Notes: a model not told the origin generated them from the letters alone. A stretch of 44,115 bases of DNA from a virus (IMGVR_UViG_3300027813_001276:1-44115), one strand, 5' to 3'; positions 8,974 to 18,394 are shown, numbered from the stretch's first letter. Translations and numbers: made by a program.

Positions 8974-10014
8974 CTATATAGTACCTTTCATACAAGTAGT
9001 CCTGGCGAGCTTCTCCCAATTAGCAGGATCCATTTTTCTAAGATCCGCAATCTTCAAAACCATTCTCAAACTTATCTCTCTAAGTACTTCCTGGTTGCCA
9101 GTCATAAAGTCGATAACTTCTCTGTCACCTTCTTTACCAAACTTGTATTCATCAAGCATACCGTCTTCAACGATTTGGTTGATTCTAAGGAACTTGTCTC
9201 TCATGGAGCTCATTGTAAGATCCAAGTAGTGACATCTTGACATCAATGCCGCCAAGTGATCCTTAATCTTCTTAGAACGAACGTTCTCAAAATCAACGTT
9301 AGTAATAAAGATACAACCACCTTTAAACTCAAACCTATCTGGAATTCCTTCTCTTCGAAGTGCTTGGGACTCTGACTTCCAAGTAATAGTTCTCTTCTTA
9401 CCTGAGTCCAAAGTAGCCTTCAACATGTTCAGACATACTTCATCAAATAATACACTATCACAATCATCAAATACTAATATGTTACCCGCCGCACTATTAT
9501 TATATAGTGTCTGGAATAAACCAATTGGAGTAACTGAACCTTTAACAACTTCAGTTCTTGCAGGCTTGCCAGCAACTTCTGTTAGCATGTCATAATCTTC
9601 TAAAACAGTTTCAACACCAAATGACTTACCAACTCCTGGAGGGCCACTTACTATCATACCACGTACCGTACCTTCTGCTACAGCATGAGTCATACGATCC
9701 AAAATATCAAAACGTTCTCTGATACGCTCAATTGCTTGAACATCAGTTTCTGCTTTTTCCTTCTTTGGAGTATTATCTATTTTAGGCTGTTCAGCATAAA
9801 CACTTGGAGTAACATACTCTAAGTCTTGTGTAGGATCTTCTATTAAAATCCTAATGCTTGAAAACTTCTCACCCATTGCTTCACTACCATCAACGGTAAT
9901 AAATGCACCTTTCTTGCCAATGTTAAGTGGCTTTAAGATTGGAAATACTGTATCAACGATTTCGTTTTTACGGTAAGTACCAGTCTTGATCTTTACATAA
10001 TTCTGCTTTGTCAT
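8974..10014 (-). CDS. AAA+/P-loop ATPase
   Basis: Walker A GPPGVGKS, Walker B ILVFDDCD, sensor FITN, arginine finger ALMSR. Confidence 0.88.
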   Translation of the reverse strand: MTKQNYVKIKTGTYRKNEIVDTVFPILKPLNIGKKGAFITVDGSEAMGEKFSSIRILIEDPTQDLEYVTPSVYAEQPKIDNTPKKEKAETDVQAIERIRERFDILDRMTHAVAEGTVRGMIVSGPPGVGKSFGVETVLEDYDMLTEVAGKPARTEVVKGSVTPIGLFQTLYNNSAAGNILVFDDCDSVLFDEVCLNMLKATLDSGKKRTITWKSESQALRREGIPDRFEFKGGCIFITNVDFENVRSKKIKDHLAALMSRCHYLDLTMSSMRDKFLRINQIVEDGMLDEYKFGKEGDREVIDFMTGNQEVLREISLRMVLKIADLRKMDPANWEKLARTTCMKGTI

Positions 10015-10072
10015 ATTGTCATCCCCGACTAAATGATTATTGTTAATAAGCCCTTCTTACTAACTTGTATAT

Positions 10073-10101
10073 ATTATACTAAATTTCTGGACCAATGTCA
10101 A
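10073..10101 (-). promoter_or_regulatory. Perfect-consensus sigma70 (early) promoter
   Basis: TTGACA-17nt-TATAAT with A-rich upstream element. Confidence 0.85.
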
Positions 10102-10158
10102 CCTTTTACCGTTTTTATTGGAATCTTTTTCCAGTCCTTTATTGTTTAATATGTATAT

Positions 10159-10187
10159 ATTATACCGGATTTCCTGGCAGAAGTCAA
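10159..10187 (-). promoter_or_regulatory. Second tandem sigma70 promoter
   Basis: TTGACT-17nt-TATAAT with A-tracts upstream. Confidence 0.8.
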
Positions 10188-10215
10188 GTTTTATTTTCCG
10201 GTTTTTGTGGTTTAT

Positions 10216-10755
10216 TTACGGTTTTTGTATGTTTAGCATGAAAAAGCATGTCTGTAAGCATTTGGCTTGCCATTTAGCATCGTCTACAGCACTATGTAAT
10301 GCCTCTTGGACGCCTTTTCTAGGGTCTACAGCCATCATGCTGAATACTGTTCTGCTATCACGTATCTGCCAATATGCCCAGTTTGTGTGAACTTCCATCT
10401 GCTTAAATAGGTTCTCTAATATGACCATATCAAATTGTGGGCCTTGGCACCAAATTTGGTCGCAACCTACTAACCACTTATTAAGTGATGTAGCGAATTC
10501 ATTCAACTCAACTCTACCTTCTTCAGCAAATGCAATATCCTGGATATCCTGTGATTGCTTACCCCACCATTCTATTGTGCCTTGGTCTACATCTCTGCCT
10601 AACTCTGTTTGGGCATCAATATCAAGTTTGGCATCAAAGAAAGTATGTGGCTCTTCTTTAACATAAGGATCAAACTTTACACCACCCACACTTAATATAA
10701 CTGCTTCTGGCGAAGTAGCCAATGTTTCTATATCAATCATTGCATGGGTTGTCAT
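10216..10755 (-). CDS. DnaQ-like 3'-5' exonuclease (DexA/ExoVIII-like)
   Basis: MIDIETL, GPQFDMVIL, RDSRT, HSAVDDA (DEDDh). Confidence 0.88.
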   Translation of the reverse strand: MTTHAMIDIETLATSPEAVILSVGGVKFDPYVKEEPHTFFDAKLDIDAQTELGRDVDQGTIEWWGKQSQDIQDIAFAEEGRVELNEFATSLNKWLVGCDQIWCQGPQFDMVILENLFKQMEVHTNWAYWQIRDSRTVFSMMAVDPRKGVQEALHSAVDDAKWQAKCLQTCFFMLNIQKP

Positions 10756-10935
10756 TTATGTGTCCTTGTGCTGTGAATGTAAACTTTCAAATACTGCGAA
10801 TCCTTCATCCCTACTGTAGGTTTCTTCGTTATACAAACGTCTTTCTGAACAGTTCAATGAATACCATTCTGCAAAGTTAGACTCATAAGTAAAATCTGTA
10901 TTGTATGTAAATACCGTTGATGTATTAACGTTCAT
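10756..10935 (-). CDS. Small hypothetical protein (59 aa)
   Basis: Manual translation MNVNTSTVFTYNTDFTYESNFAEWYSLNCSERRLYNEE...; AGGGG SD; abuts the next ATG. Confidence 0.7.
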   Translation of the reverse strand: MNVNTSTVFTYNTDFTYESNFAEWYSLNCSERRLYNEETYSRDEGFAVFESLHSQHKDT

Positions 10936-10936
10936 A

Positions 10937-11095
10937 TTAGTACCCCTTTGTCATGTGTTCATAACAGTCTGGTGTGCTGTTATCAAGTCTAGCACCGCAA
11001 ATACAATGCTCCTCTTCTTCCCTTGTAGGTGCTCCTACAACATCTCTAACATAGACCTCTAAGGGTACGTTTATTATATCTTTTGCTTGTTTCAT
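10937..11095 (-). CDS. Small Cys/His-containing hypothetical protein (52 aa)
   Basis: Manual translation MKQAKDIINVPLEVYVRDVVGAPTREEEEHCICGARLDNSTPDCYEHMTKGY; AGGAG SD directly after a promoter. Confidence 0.75.
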   Translation of the reverse strand: MKQAKDIINVPLEVYVRDVVGAPTREEEEHCICGARLDNSTPDCYEHMTKGY

Positions 11096-11121
11096 TATTA
11101 CTCCTAAATATTAATACTGTT

Positions 11122-11150
11122 AGTATAGTTGATTTAGTGAGTAATGTCAA
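11122..11150 (-). promoter_or_regulatory. Sigma70-type early promoter
   Basis: TTGACA-17nt-TATACT. Confidence 0.8.
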
Positions 11151-11155
11151 CCTGA

Positions 11156-11581
11156 TTAGGCGTCTAATTTTTCGAAGTACTGTTTGAACAGTCGTTCTTC
11201 CCAATAGTATGCTTCACGTTCCCAAGGTTGTTTACTGTAAGGTACATCAGACATATCTGCTTTTTTCCATCTCATAGCACTACCAGATAGTTCGCCTGCT
11301 AAGAACTGTTTTGCATGAACTAATTCATGTGTTAAGTTAATGAGTATTTCTTCTCTTTCAAATACATACCCATTACTTGTTCTTGCAAGTTCAATATCAA
11401 TGTGGTGCTTATCGCCCCAGCAATATCCGCCTGCTTGTTCTTCTAGTGCATTGTGTATTTGTACGTCAACTGTGACATTGCGTCTTAGTTTGATTGGGAT
11501 AATGTTTTCTAACATTAACTCTGATACTGACTCTACAAATGACTTGTTTTTGAACTGCCCTACTATACACACTTCAATCAT
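11156..11581 (-). CDS. Putative zincin-like metallopeptidase
   Basis: HELVHAKQ (HExxH) and downstream PWEREAY; start moved to MIEVC at 11581 because a promoter lies at 11616-11643. Confidence 0.7.
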   Translation of the reverse strand: MIEVCIVGQFKNKSFVESVSELMLENIIPIKLRRNVTVDVQIHNALEEQAGGYCWGDKHHIDIELARTSNGYVFEREEILINLTHELVHAKQFLAGELSGSAMRWKKADMSDVPYSKQPWEREAYYWEERLFKQYFEKLDA

Positions 11582-11615
11582 ATCTTGGTTTTCCACCCAG
11601 TTAGCAATAGTGCTT

Positions 11616-11643
11616 ATAATAGCATCTTCTGTGGGTTTGTCAA
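11616..11643 (-). promoter_or_regulatory. Sigma70-type promoter
   Basis: TTGACA-16nt-TATTAT with TG extension. Confidence 0.55.
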
Positions 11644-11673
11644 CCTTTTTGTAAGTTAGTGATTTTGAAGGAA

Positions 11674-12135
11674 TTATCCTATCGAGATATCTTCCATTCC
11701 TGCTGTTCGGAGCCTTGTTATGTGTCCTATTTGCCATTGTTTCGTATCTAGCCCTTTCATTATACCTAGGTATTGGTTCCTAAGTAGACTGTATTGATTG
11801 CAAAGGTGTGTTAGGTTAATAACACTATCTTCACTATCAACAAACTTTTCTGCGTCTCTACTACTTAGTGTCCTATTATAAGATTCTAAATACTTTCTGA
11901 AAGTTTTACTTCTTTCCTTACGAAGTTCAATATTCAAGTGTTCCAGTACTGCCTCAATCTCTTGTAATTGATTAAACCTGTGTTCGGTAATGCCAGGTAG
12001 AGAAGCACTGGATCTCTCCAGGCTTCCCTTAATTGTACATTCGAATTTGGCTTCTTGTAGTTCTTTCTCGAAGTAAGTAATTGAGTCAACAATTTTACCT
12101 AAGTCCTCTACTACTGAATTATACCAACCTGCCAT
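11674..12135 (-). CDS. uvsY: Recombination mediator UvsY
   Basis: Helical 153-aa protein near uvsX; KFVDSE and KQWQIGHITRLRTAG C-terminus typical of UvsY. Confidence 0.75.
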   Translation of the reverse strand: MAGWYNSVVEDLGKIVDSITYFEKELQEAKFECTIKGSLERSSASLPGITEHRFNQLQEIEAVLEHLNIELRKERSKTFRKYLESYNRTLSSRDAEKFVDSEDSVINLTHLCNQYSLLRNQYLGIMKGLDTKQWQIGHITRLRTAGMEDISIG

Positions 12136-12138
12136 AAT

Positions 12139-12375
12139 CTAGTTCCATTCCTCGTCTTCGTCTTCTTCCACATCATTGCCCACATCATAGTGACCAATAA
12201 CAGCGGCTTTAAGAGCTCCGTCGAATGTGTGTGCTTCTTCCTCGATGCCAGACATATCACATTCTTCGTCCATTACACGGACTAAATGTTCTGCGGCTTC
12301 TACTCTATCCTTCTTCTGGATATAGTTTTTCATGGATTCCCACACACTAACTAATAATTGTATTTCAGGATTCAT
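12139..12375 (-). CDS. Hypothetical protein with acidic tail
   Basis: 78-aa ORF with GAGGAG SD. Confidence 0.75.
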   Translation of the reverse strand: MNPEIQLLVSVWESMKNYIQKKDRVEAAEHLVRVMDEECDMSGIEEEAHTFDGALKAAVIGHYDVGNDVEEDEDEEWN

Positions 12376-13483
12376 TGTTTAACTCCTCTGTAATAGGCTC
12401 ATCAACTAAAGTCTCATCATCTACAATGTCACTTAAATCTTCATCTACAGTAACTACTGGTATTTGATGCCACTCGTCCATAACTACTTGTAATCGTTCT
12501 TCAGTCCACTGCTTTCTAAACTCTTTAATAATCTCGCCTGTAATAGGTGATGTATATTCAAGTTTATTACCAGTTTTTACAACGATACCTTTTGATTCAA
12601 GTAGTTCTAAAATACCTGAGTAAGGATTCATTCCTGTCTCATAAGGTATTTTAACCTGTACACTTTCAAACGGTTTGCTGTAACGAGTTTTCATTACTTT
12701 ACATGCCGCTCTAATTCCTTGTACAGTGGTAGTTTTGTTGCCGTCCTCATCTTCTTTGAGCTTTAACTTTTTCATTGCTACTACAATACTACTTGCATAT
12801 ACAAAACCTTGTCCACCTGATATCTTATCATCAGGGTCAAACATATCTTGTGATGCGTATGTATGGTTAGTTGCAACAAGCCCAATTGGATGTGGTGCTA
12901 GTTGATTAACTGTATTTCTAACTAAGGATGTTAATGCCTTTGGTTTTCTTCCCATATCACCTTTCATGTCGCCTTTTTCAAATTGTGCAACATCTGTTGG
13001 TGTTAGTAACATTCCTAAACTGTCTACTACAAATAGCATTTTAGGTTGTTCCTCATATGGTAAGTCACCATAGTTAGTCTTATAGTCTTTTACAAATTCA
13101 CTGATTGTTTTAGCAACATCATCAATCATGCTAACACTAATTTTGAGAAGTTTCTCAGGACTAGTGTCTACATCTAATGCTTGTAGCCAATCTTCATCAA
13201 GTGCATTTTCACTGTCAAACAATACTACTTGACAGCCTTGTTGTTGTGCATTACGCACTAAGTTACCTGAACAGATAAAACTCTTACCCGAACCGGATTC
13301 GCCAGCAAATACACTAACTTTACCTAAAGGGACTCCTTTATGGAAGTCCCCACTTATTAGGTAGTTTAAAGTGTAGTTACCAGTTGATATCCAATCCTGT
13401 GGGTCATGAAAGCCAGCACTAATACCGCTGATGCCTTTAGTTATGCCCGTTCTGAACTTGGTTAGGTCAAATGGTTTCTGCAT
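12365..13483 (-). CDS. uvsX: RecA/UvsX recombinase
   Basis: ISTGNYTLN, Walker A GESGSGKS, FDSENA, VVDSLG, TNHTY, SGGQG. Confidence 0.95.
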   Translation of the reverse strand: MQKPFDLTKFRTGITKGISGISAGFHDPQDWISTGNYTLNYLISGDFHKGVPLGKVSVFAGESGSGKSFICSGNLVRNAQQQGCQVVLFDSENALDEDWLQALDVDTSPEKLLKISVSMIDDVAKTISEFVKDYKTNYGDLPYEEQPKMLFVVDSLGMLLTPTDVAQFEKGDMKGDMGRKPKALTSLVRNTVNQLAPHPIGLVATNHTYASQDMFDPDDKISGGQGFVYASSIVVAMKKLKLKEDEDGNKTTTVQGIRAACKVMKTRYSKPFESVQVKIPYETGMNPYSGILELLESKGIVVKTGNKLEYTSPITGEIIKEFRKQWTEERLQVVMDEWHQIPVVTVDEDLSDIVDDETLVDEPITEELNNES

Positions 13484-13492
13484 TATCTTCTC

Positions 13493-14512
13493 CTAGGATC
13501 TGTTACGAATCATATTTAAAATATCATCCGCACTAGGCTTATCACCAGTTGCCTCTGCCGGAGCAGGTGCTGTTGCAGTTGCTTCAGCTACAGGTACAGC
13601 TGGTGCAGGAGTAGGCGTTGCTACTACTGGTTCAGTTGTTACTGTTGGTGCTGGAGTTTCTACTACCGGAGCAGTTGGTTGCACAGGTGCTGATGTAGTT
13701 GGTTTTGCTGAAGCACTTGCAGGAACGTCTACGCCATAAGGCTTGTAGAAGTTACCCCAACGTTCAACATCATACAACTCACCGTCAACTGATGCTTGGA
13801 ACATTTCGCTAATTGCGTTAAGTTCGTCTTGCCCAGGTCTTTTTGGTAAAAAGTCTGATAACGTATACAAACCATTTGTATCAATTGCCGCTAATTCATC
13901 TTCATTTAAGCCACGTTCTTTACGAGCCCATTTTGAAGTACTATAGTCAGCGTATTGACCTTTAGTGGTTTTCATTACTCTAAAATCTGTACCATTTACA
14001 TAATCAGTAGGAATGTTTTCCATATCAGGATCCATTAATGCTGATTTAATAATGTTAAAGATTTGAGGGGATATAACAAAACGTCTGATTGGATTTTCAG
14101 GTATTGTTTCGTTAAGTGGGTTTTCAGTAACATATCCTTGGAATATGTAACTTCTTTTTTTCCAGTACTTACGACCCATGTCTTCTAGACTTGTGTCTTT
14201 AAACCAAGGACGAACCTCAGTTAATACTGGACAAGTATCTCCGTACATTTCTGCACATGGTACTTGTACTGTAACAGGTTTACTGTCACCGCCTTTTACA
14301 CCCGGAAAAGAAAGTCTAATCATTTGTCTTTCTTGCCAAAAGAACGTGTTATCAGTGTCTGCGTCAGGTAAGAACCTGAGAACAGCTGATGTTCCTTCGT
14401 CGATATTCCAGTGTGGATAAATGGCGTTGTCGCCGCCTGTTGATGATTGGCTAGAACTTTTTGTGTTCTCCATGCTTGCCAATTTAGCCCTTATTTCTGC
14501 CAAAGATGCCAT
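13493..14512 (-). CDS. Single-stranded DNA-binding protein gp32-like
   Basis: VLRFLP, CPV, YWKKRSY, GTDF...YADYSTSKW core; long Ala/Pro/Thr linker. Confidence 0.88.
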   Translation of the reverse strand: MASLAEIRAKLASMENTKSSSQSSTGGDNAIYPHWNIDEGTSAVLRFLPDADTDNTFFWQERQMIRLSFPGVKGGDSKPVTVQVPCAEMYGDTCPVLTEVRPWFKDTSLEDMGRKYWKKRSYIFQGYVTENPLNETIPENPIRRFVISPQIFNIIKSALMDPDMENIPTDYVNGTDFRVMKTTKGQYADYSTSKWARKERGLNEDELAAIDTNGLYTLSDFLPKRPGQDELNAISEMFQASVDGELYDVERWGNFYKPYGVDVPASASAKPTTSAPVQPTAPVVETPAPTVTTEPVVATPTPAPAVPVAEATATAPAPAEATGDKPSADDILNMIRNRS

Positions 14513-14581
14513 AATAGTGTCTCCTATGTTTGTGCCATAATGTTGTAATACTACTTTGTGTTAATGTATTACTTGTGCCTA

Positions 14582-14610
14582 AGTTTAATGTCTTTGTGCC
14601 ATGATGTCAA
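14582..14610 (-). promoter_or_regulatory. Sigma70-type promoter for gp32 (late ATAAATA box also at 14659-14665)
   Basis: TTGACA-17nt-TAAACT. Confidence 0.6.
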
Positions 14611-14665
14611 CCTTTTTTTATCTTTTTATTGATAACAACCGTTGTCTTGTTGTGTATGTATTTAT

Positions 14666-16348
14666 TTAATCTTCAATAAAACTACTTATAAAATCGGTAT
14701 ATTTTTCTTCTTCTGTTACAGTATGGGCCATTTCAGCATGGTCTACTCGTTGTGCTGATAACAATGAAGCCTTAACTGCTCTATATTCAAATTGATTCAT
14801 AGAACCACCATTGCTTAGTTTATTACTAATACTACCTAAGTAGTTTGCAAGTTGTGGATTCTTAGCAGTAGAACCTAACTGTGATACTTGGTGCCCTAGT
14901 TTTGCTTCTGGTGTTGCAAAGTCCATTGGATCTTCACTAATAAGTTCTTTAATACCTGCAAAATTCTCTTCTTCAACAGTTTGCATAATCATGCTTTCAA
15001 ATGCAGATTGCTTATTAACTAGTTTACTAATTGTTTCGTGTACGTTACCTACTTTGCTATCAAAGTGTGTTTCAGTGAAATGGTCTTCTAATGATACTTC
15101 ATTAACAATATCAACATTGTTCATATCGTTGAGACTTTCTACTGCTTTACTATAAGTTTTTACACCGCTTAATTTTTTGAATGTTTCTTTAATTGTTTTA
15201 ACATGTTGTTTAGCAAGTTCTACATAGTCATTATTTTCTTCATTAATAAGACCTTGCTTCTTAACATAGTTTGCAAATTCTTTTAACGTTTTTAATTCGT
15301 TACACATGCCAACAATACTTTCGCCTACTGTATCGTGCATTGTTCCGCCATTGTATAAATGCCTTGCCATTGCTCTAGCACCGTTTAAGTTTTTGCTTGG
15401 GAACAAGAATCGTTCTTCATTGTTCTCTATAAATATTTTTTGTATGTTTCTACTTCTAGAACCACGTACTTCTTCGTTTACTGCTTTAGTGTGCTTAACA
15501 ATAATCTTTGTTCCACCTAGTGGTTGATTACTTGTTTTAATACTGCCTCTCATAGAACCTAAACTTGCTTCAGTGATAGTTTCTTCTTCCATCATATCTT
15601 CTGCTATTGCTTCTGATACAGTTCCTTTGCCATCACAAGTGCCACAAACTTCGTTGCCTTTTTGACAAGTACTTTGTCCGCCATCACAACAAGGACAGTC
15701 TACCATTGCTTCAAACACATCATCTGAGTTCATTGCATTTATGCCTGCATCCATTAATTCTTTTGCAGACTCGTCTGTTTCAAATCCACACTCTGTTGCA
15801 AAGTCCATAGATGAACTGTAATACATATCGCTAAAATCAGGTTGTAGTTCTTTAAGTTTTTCACCAATCTCTTCTGGTGTTTTACCTAAGTTAATTTCTT
15901 GGTTGCCTAAGAACATATACAAAGATTGGTCATCTTGGCATCCTACAACTGTTCTATCTTCATTAACAGGTTCTAGTCCTGCTAGTTTTCTCATTTCATT
16001 ATGTTCTTTCATGTCTGATTCTCTTGATATGTTAATTGCTTCACTGCTTGGTTTTAATGTTTTACCAAATACTCTAAAATCTAACATCATTAAATAGTCT
16101 TTTGCTATTTCCGATAGTTGGTTTCTTATTGTATCTGTTTGGTCAGTATTAGCACTGATACTAAGTCTTATTTCTTCTTTTGGAACATTAAGTGTAACTA
16201 GTAAGTTAGGATCTTCAACAAAAAATCTAATTGCTTCTGCTGGATCGCCTACAACTTCACCTTCTTTATTATAAGTATCGATTTGAAATCCATAACCTTT
16301 TAATAGGTTAAAAACTCTATCTGCTACTGTTCTTACACTCGTTGCCAT
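14666..16348 (-). CDS. Hypothetical late protein (possibly virion-associated) with an internal Cys-rich segment
   Basis: 560-aa ORF; ATAAATA box at 16373-16379 and GGAG SD; CPCCDGG...CGTCDGKG. Confidence 0.75.
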   Translation of the reverse strand: MATSVRTVADRVFNLLKGYGFQIDTYNKEGEVVGDPAEAIRFFVEDPNLLVTLNVPKEEIRLSISANTDQTDTIRNQLSEIAKDYLMMLDFRVFGKTLKPSSEAINISRESDMKEHNEMRKLAGLEPVNEDRTVVGCQDDQSLYMFLGNQEINLGKTPEEIGEKLKELQPDFSDMYYSSSMDFATECGFETDESAKELMDAGINAMNSDDVFEAMVDCPCCDGGQSTCQKGNEVCGTCDGKGTVSEAIAEDMMEEETITEASLGSMRGSIKTSNQPLGGTKIIVKHTKAVNEEVRGSRSRNIQKIFIENNEERFLFPSKNLNGARAMARHLYNGGTMHDTVGESIVGMCNELKTLKEFANYVKKQGLINEENNDYVELAKQHVKTIKETFKKLSGVKTYSKAVESLNDMNNVDIVNEVSLEDHFTETHFDSKVGNVHETISKLVNKQSAFESMIMQTVEEENFAGIKELISEDPMDFATPEAKLGHQVSQLGSTAKNPQLANYLGSISNKLSNGGSMNQFEYRAVKASLLSAQRVDHAEMAHTVTEEEKYTDFISSFIED

Positions 16349-16394
16349 TGACTTGTATCTCCGTTATGTATGTATTTATCATTTAGTAAGGATT

Positions 16395-17987
16395 TTACAG
16401 CATACCGACAGGCATAGGTTCGTCGTATTCGTCATACGGTCCGTCATCAGGTCTTGAACCGTCACCTATGTTTTGATTTACTACTGTAAATATATCATCT
16501 TCAAATGTACTAATGTAACTAATCATTCTACATGCTGTCATCATACTCATAACTAAGTCATCTGATTCACCAGGCTGTCCTGCAAAACTATTACCACGTG
16601 CTACAAAGTTTTTAAGCTCACTTAAAAACGCTTTACTGTAGACTTTTAGTTTGCCTTGCTCTATGAAACGTTTAAGTTGTAAACAGCCGTCAATTTTAGT
16701 CTTACTGCTTGTATGAAATCCTTTACGTCCACGTTTGCCTTGTACTTTAACAGGATCATGTAAAAATGTTCCTGGGAATTGTTCTTCGCCTGTATCTCTA
16801 ATTACAACTAGGGCGGCTTCTCCAATTGTATTGTTCTCTACTGTCCAATACAATTCTTTTGAACCATACTGTTTTAATTCTTTTAAAATTTCCATCATAA
16901 CTCTTATTTGTCCTTCAACAGGAGTTTTGTTATGACACCATTCTGCTACTTGTACCATGCTAGGTAATTCTACTACTTGTATTGCAGAGTTATCTCCGCC
17001 TGTTCCTGCACTAGGATCTAACGACAGCACATACATTTTATCTGCTGTGGGCCTTTTGTACCAACGAACTTCTCCTGTCTTGTACAGGGTTGGTGTGTGC
17101 GTCATAGTTGCCAAATGCAACGAGTCAATAAGTGTTTCGTTGTATATAATAAATTCACATTCGTGTTCACGCCTAAAACGTTCTTCACCAATCCTACTCA
17201 TTTCTTCTGTAGCCCATTCCTCATCTCTATCTGGATGTTGATCCCATGTTGCCATGTAACCTCTGAATCCATTAATACCTACTTCTTGTTCATTGCCATA
17301 TTCATCTGTAGTTTTAATTGCTTGATTCCAAATACCAGCAAAGGTATCATCATCACTGTTTGGTGTACTTGTAACAATACACTTACCGCCTGTTGCTAGT
17401 GTAGGTGATAGCGAAGTCCAAAACTCTTTGGCTATTCTAGGTGGCACAAACGCAAACTCATCTAAGTATACTAATGTTAAGGACATACCACGACCAGTAT
17501 TTTCAGTTGTTGTACTTGCAACAATTCTACTGCCGTTATCAAACGTTAAACTTGTTTTGTTATATTCAACAACACCTGCTCTAATATGATTTGGTATGCT
17601 TTCATACGCATATCGTATACGTTGCATAATTTCTTGAGCGCCAGCCGCCTTATGTGCCGCTACTAGTATTGTACTGTCTGGCTTGAACATTGCAAACCAT
17701 AGTAAGTAACCTGCCGCCACAGTGGTTTTACCCATCTGTCTGCCTAGCATGTTAATACTATAACGATGTGCATTGTAATTAGCAATTAAATCTTCTTGAT
17801 AGTCGAATGGGTTGAACTTAATACCACCTTTTGTAGGGTGTTGTATCTTCACAAAGTTCTTCATGAAGTGCATTGGTCCTGTGTTAGAATCGCAACATGC
17901 TTGGAACTCCCTTAACATCTCAGGATCATAAGGAATCTTCGAATATGCTTGTTTAACTAACTCTGTATTTACTGTACCTTTTGGCAT
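16395..17987 (-). CDS. Terminase large subunit (T4 gp17-like)
   Basis: GRQMGKTT Walker A, YLDEFAF Walker B, TSTPN, nuclease LDPSAG and DDLVM. Confidence 0.96.
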   Translation of the reverse strand: MPKGTVNTELVKQAYSKIPYDPEMLREFQACCDSNTGPMHFMKNFVKIQHPTKGGIKFNPFDYQEDLIANYNAHRYSINMLGRQMGKTTVAAGYLLWFAMFKPDSTILVAAHKAAGAQEIMQRIRYAYESIPNHIRAGVVEYNKTSLTFDNGSRIVASTTTENTGRGMSLTLVYLDEFAFVPPRIAKEFWTSLSPTLATGGKCIVTSTPNSDDDTFAGIWNQAIKTTDEYGNEQEVGINGFRGYMATWDQHPDRDEEWATEEMSRIGEERFRREHECEFIIYNETLIDSLHLATMTHTPTLYKTGEVRWYKRPTADKMYVLSLDPSAGTGGDNSAIQVVELPSMVQVAEWCHNKTPVEGQIRVMMEILKELKQYGSKELYWTVENNTIGEAALVVIRDTGEEQFPGTFLHDPVKVQGKRGRKGFHTSSKTKIDGCLQLKRFIEQGKLKVYSKAFLSELKNFVARGNSFAGQPGESDDLVMSMMTACRMISYISTFEDDIFTVVNQNIGDGSRPDDGPYDEYDEPMPVGML

Positions 17988-18022
17988 ACAGTTATTTATG
18001 TGGAATTATAGGTTGAATTTTG

Positions 18023-18394
18023 TTATTTAGAACTATTCATTAAGAAGTCTTTAAGTCTGTCTCTAATAACACTACTTAAAACTTCTTTATCTGTGGACAT
18101 TGATGCATCTTGCTTTGCATCTGGGTCTATGTCTGTTCTTGGAAATTGCATTCCAGTTGGGTTTTCTTCTGGTTGTGAAACAACTATTGCATCTAATGGC
18201 ATTTCTGCAGGATGTTCTGCGCCACATGGTTGTTCTTGTGCTTCTGGTTCACCTGCAGGCAAAGTAATGCCTACTTTTTGTAGCATTAATTTTAAACCTT
18301 CAATTGAATCTGCAGTTGCATCAATAGTTACTGCTGAACTATCACCATGCATAGATTTTTTGTATGAATGATTTTCTCCAGTACTGTTTGACAT
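18023..18394 (-). CDS. Hypothetical protein
   Basis: 123-aa ORF coupled to the upstream gene by TAATG. Confidence 0.75.
   Translation of the reverse strand: MSNSTGENHSYKKSMHGDSSAVTIDATADSIEGLKLMLQKVGITLPAGEPEAQEQPCGAEHPAEMPLDAIVVSQPEENPTGMQFPRTDIDPDAKQDASMSTDKEVLSSVIRDRLKDFLMNSSK

Noticed and set aside
11582-11737. N-terminal extension of the HExxH ORF (similar extensions at 896-976, 21746-21823, 38904-38984, 39030-39065)
   Set aside because: Extensions overlap neighbouring genes or promoter elements; downstream ATGs fit better
13540-13730. Low-complexity repeats in the gp32 3' region
   Set aside because: Explained by an Ala/Pro/Thr linker; not a separate element
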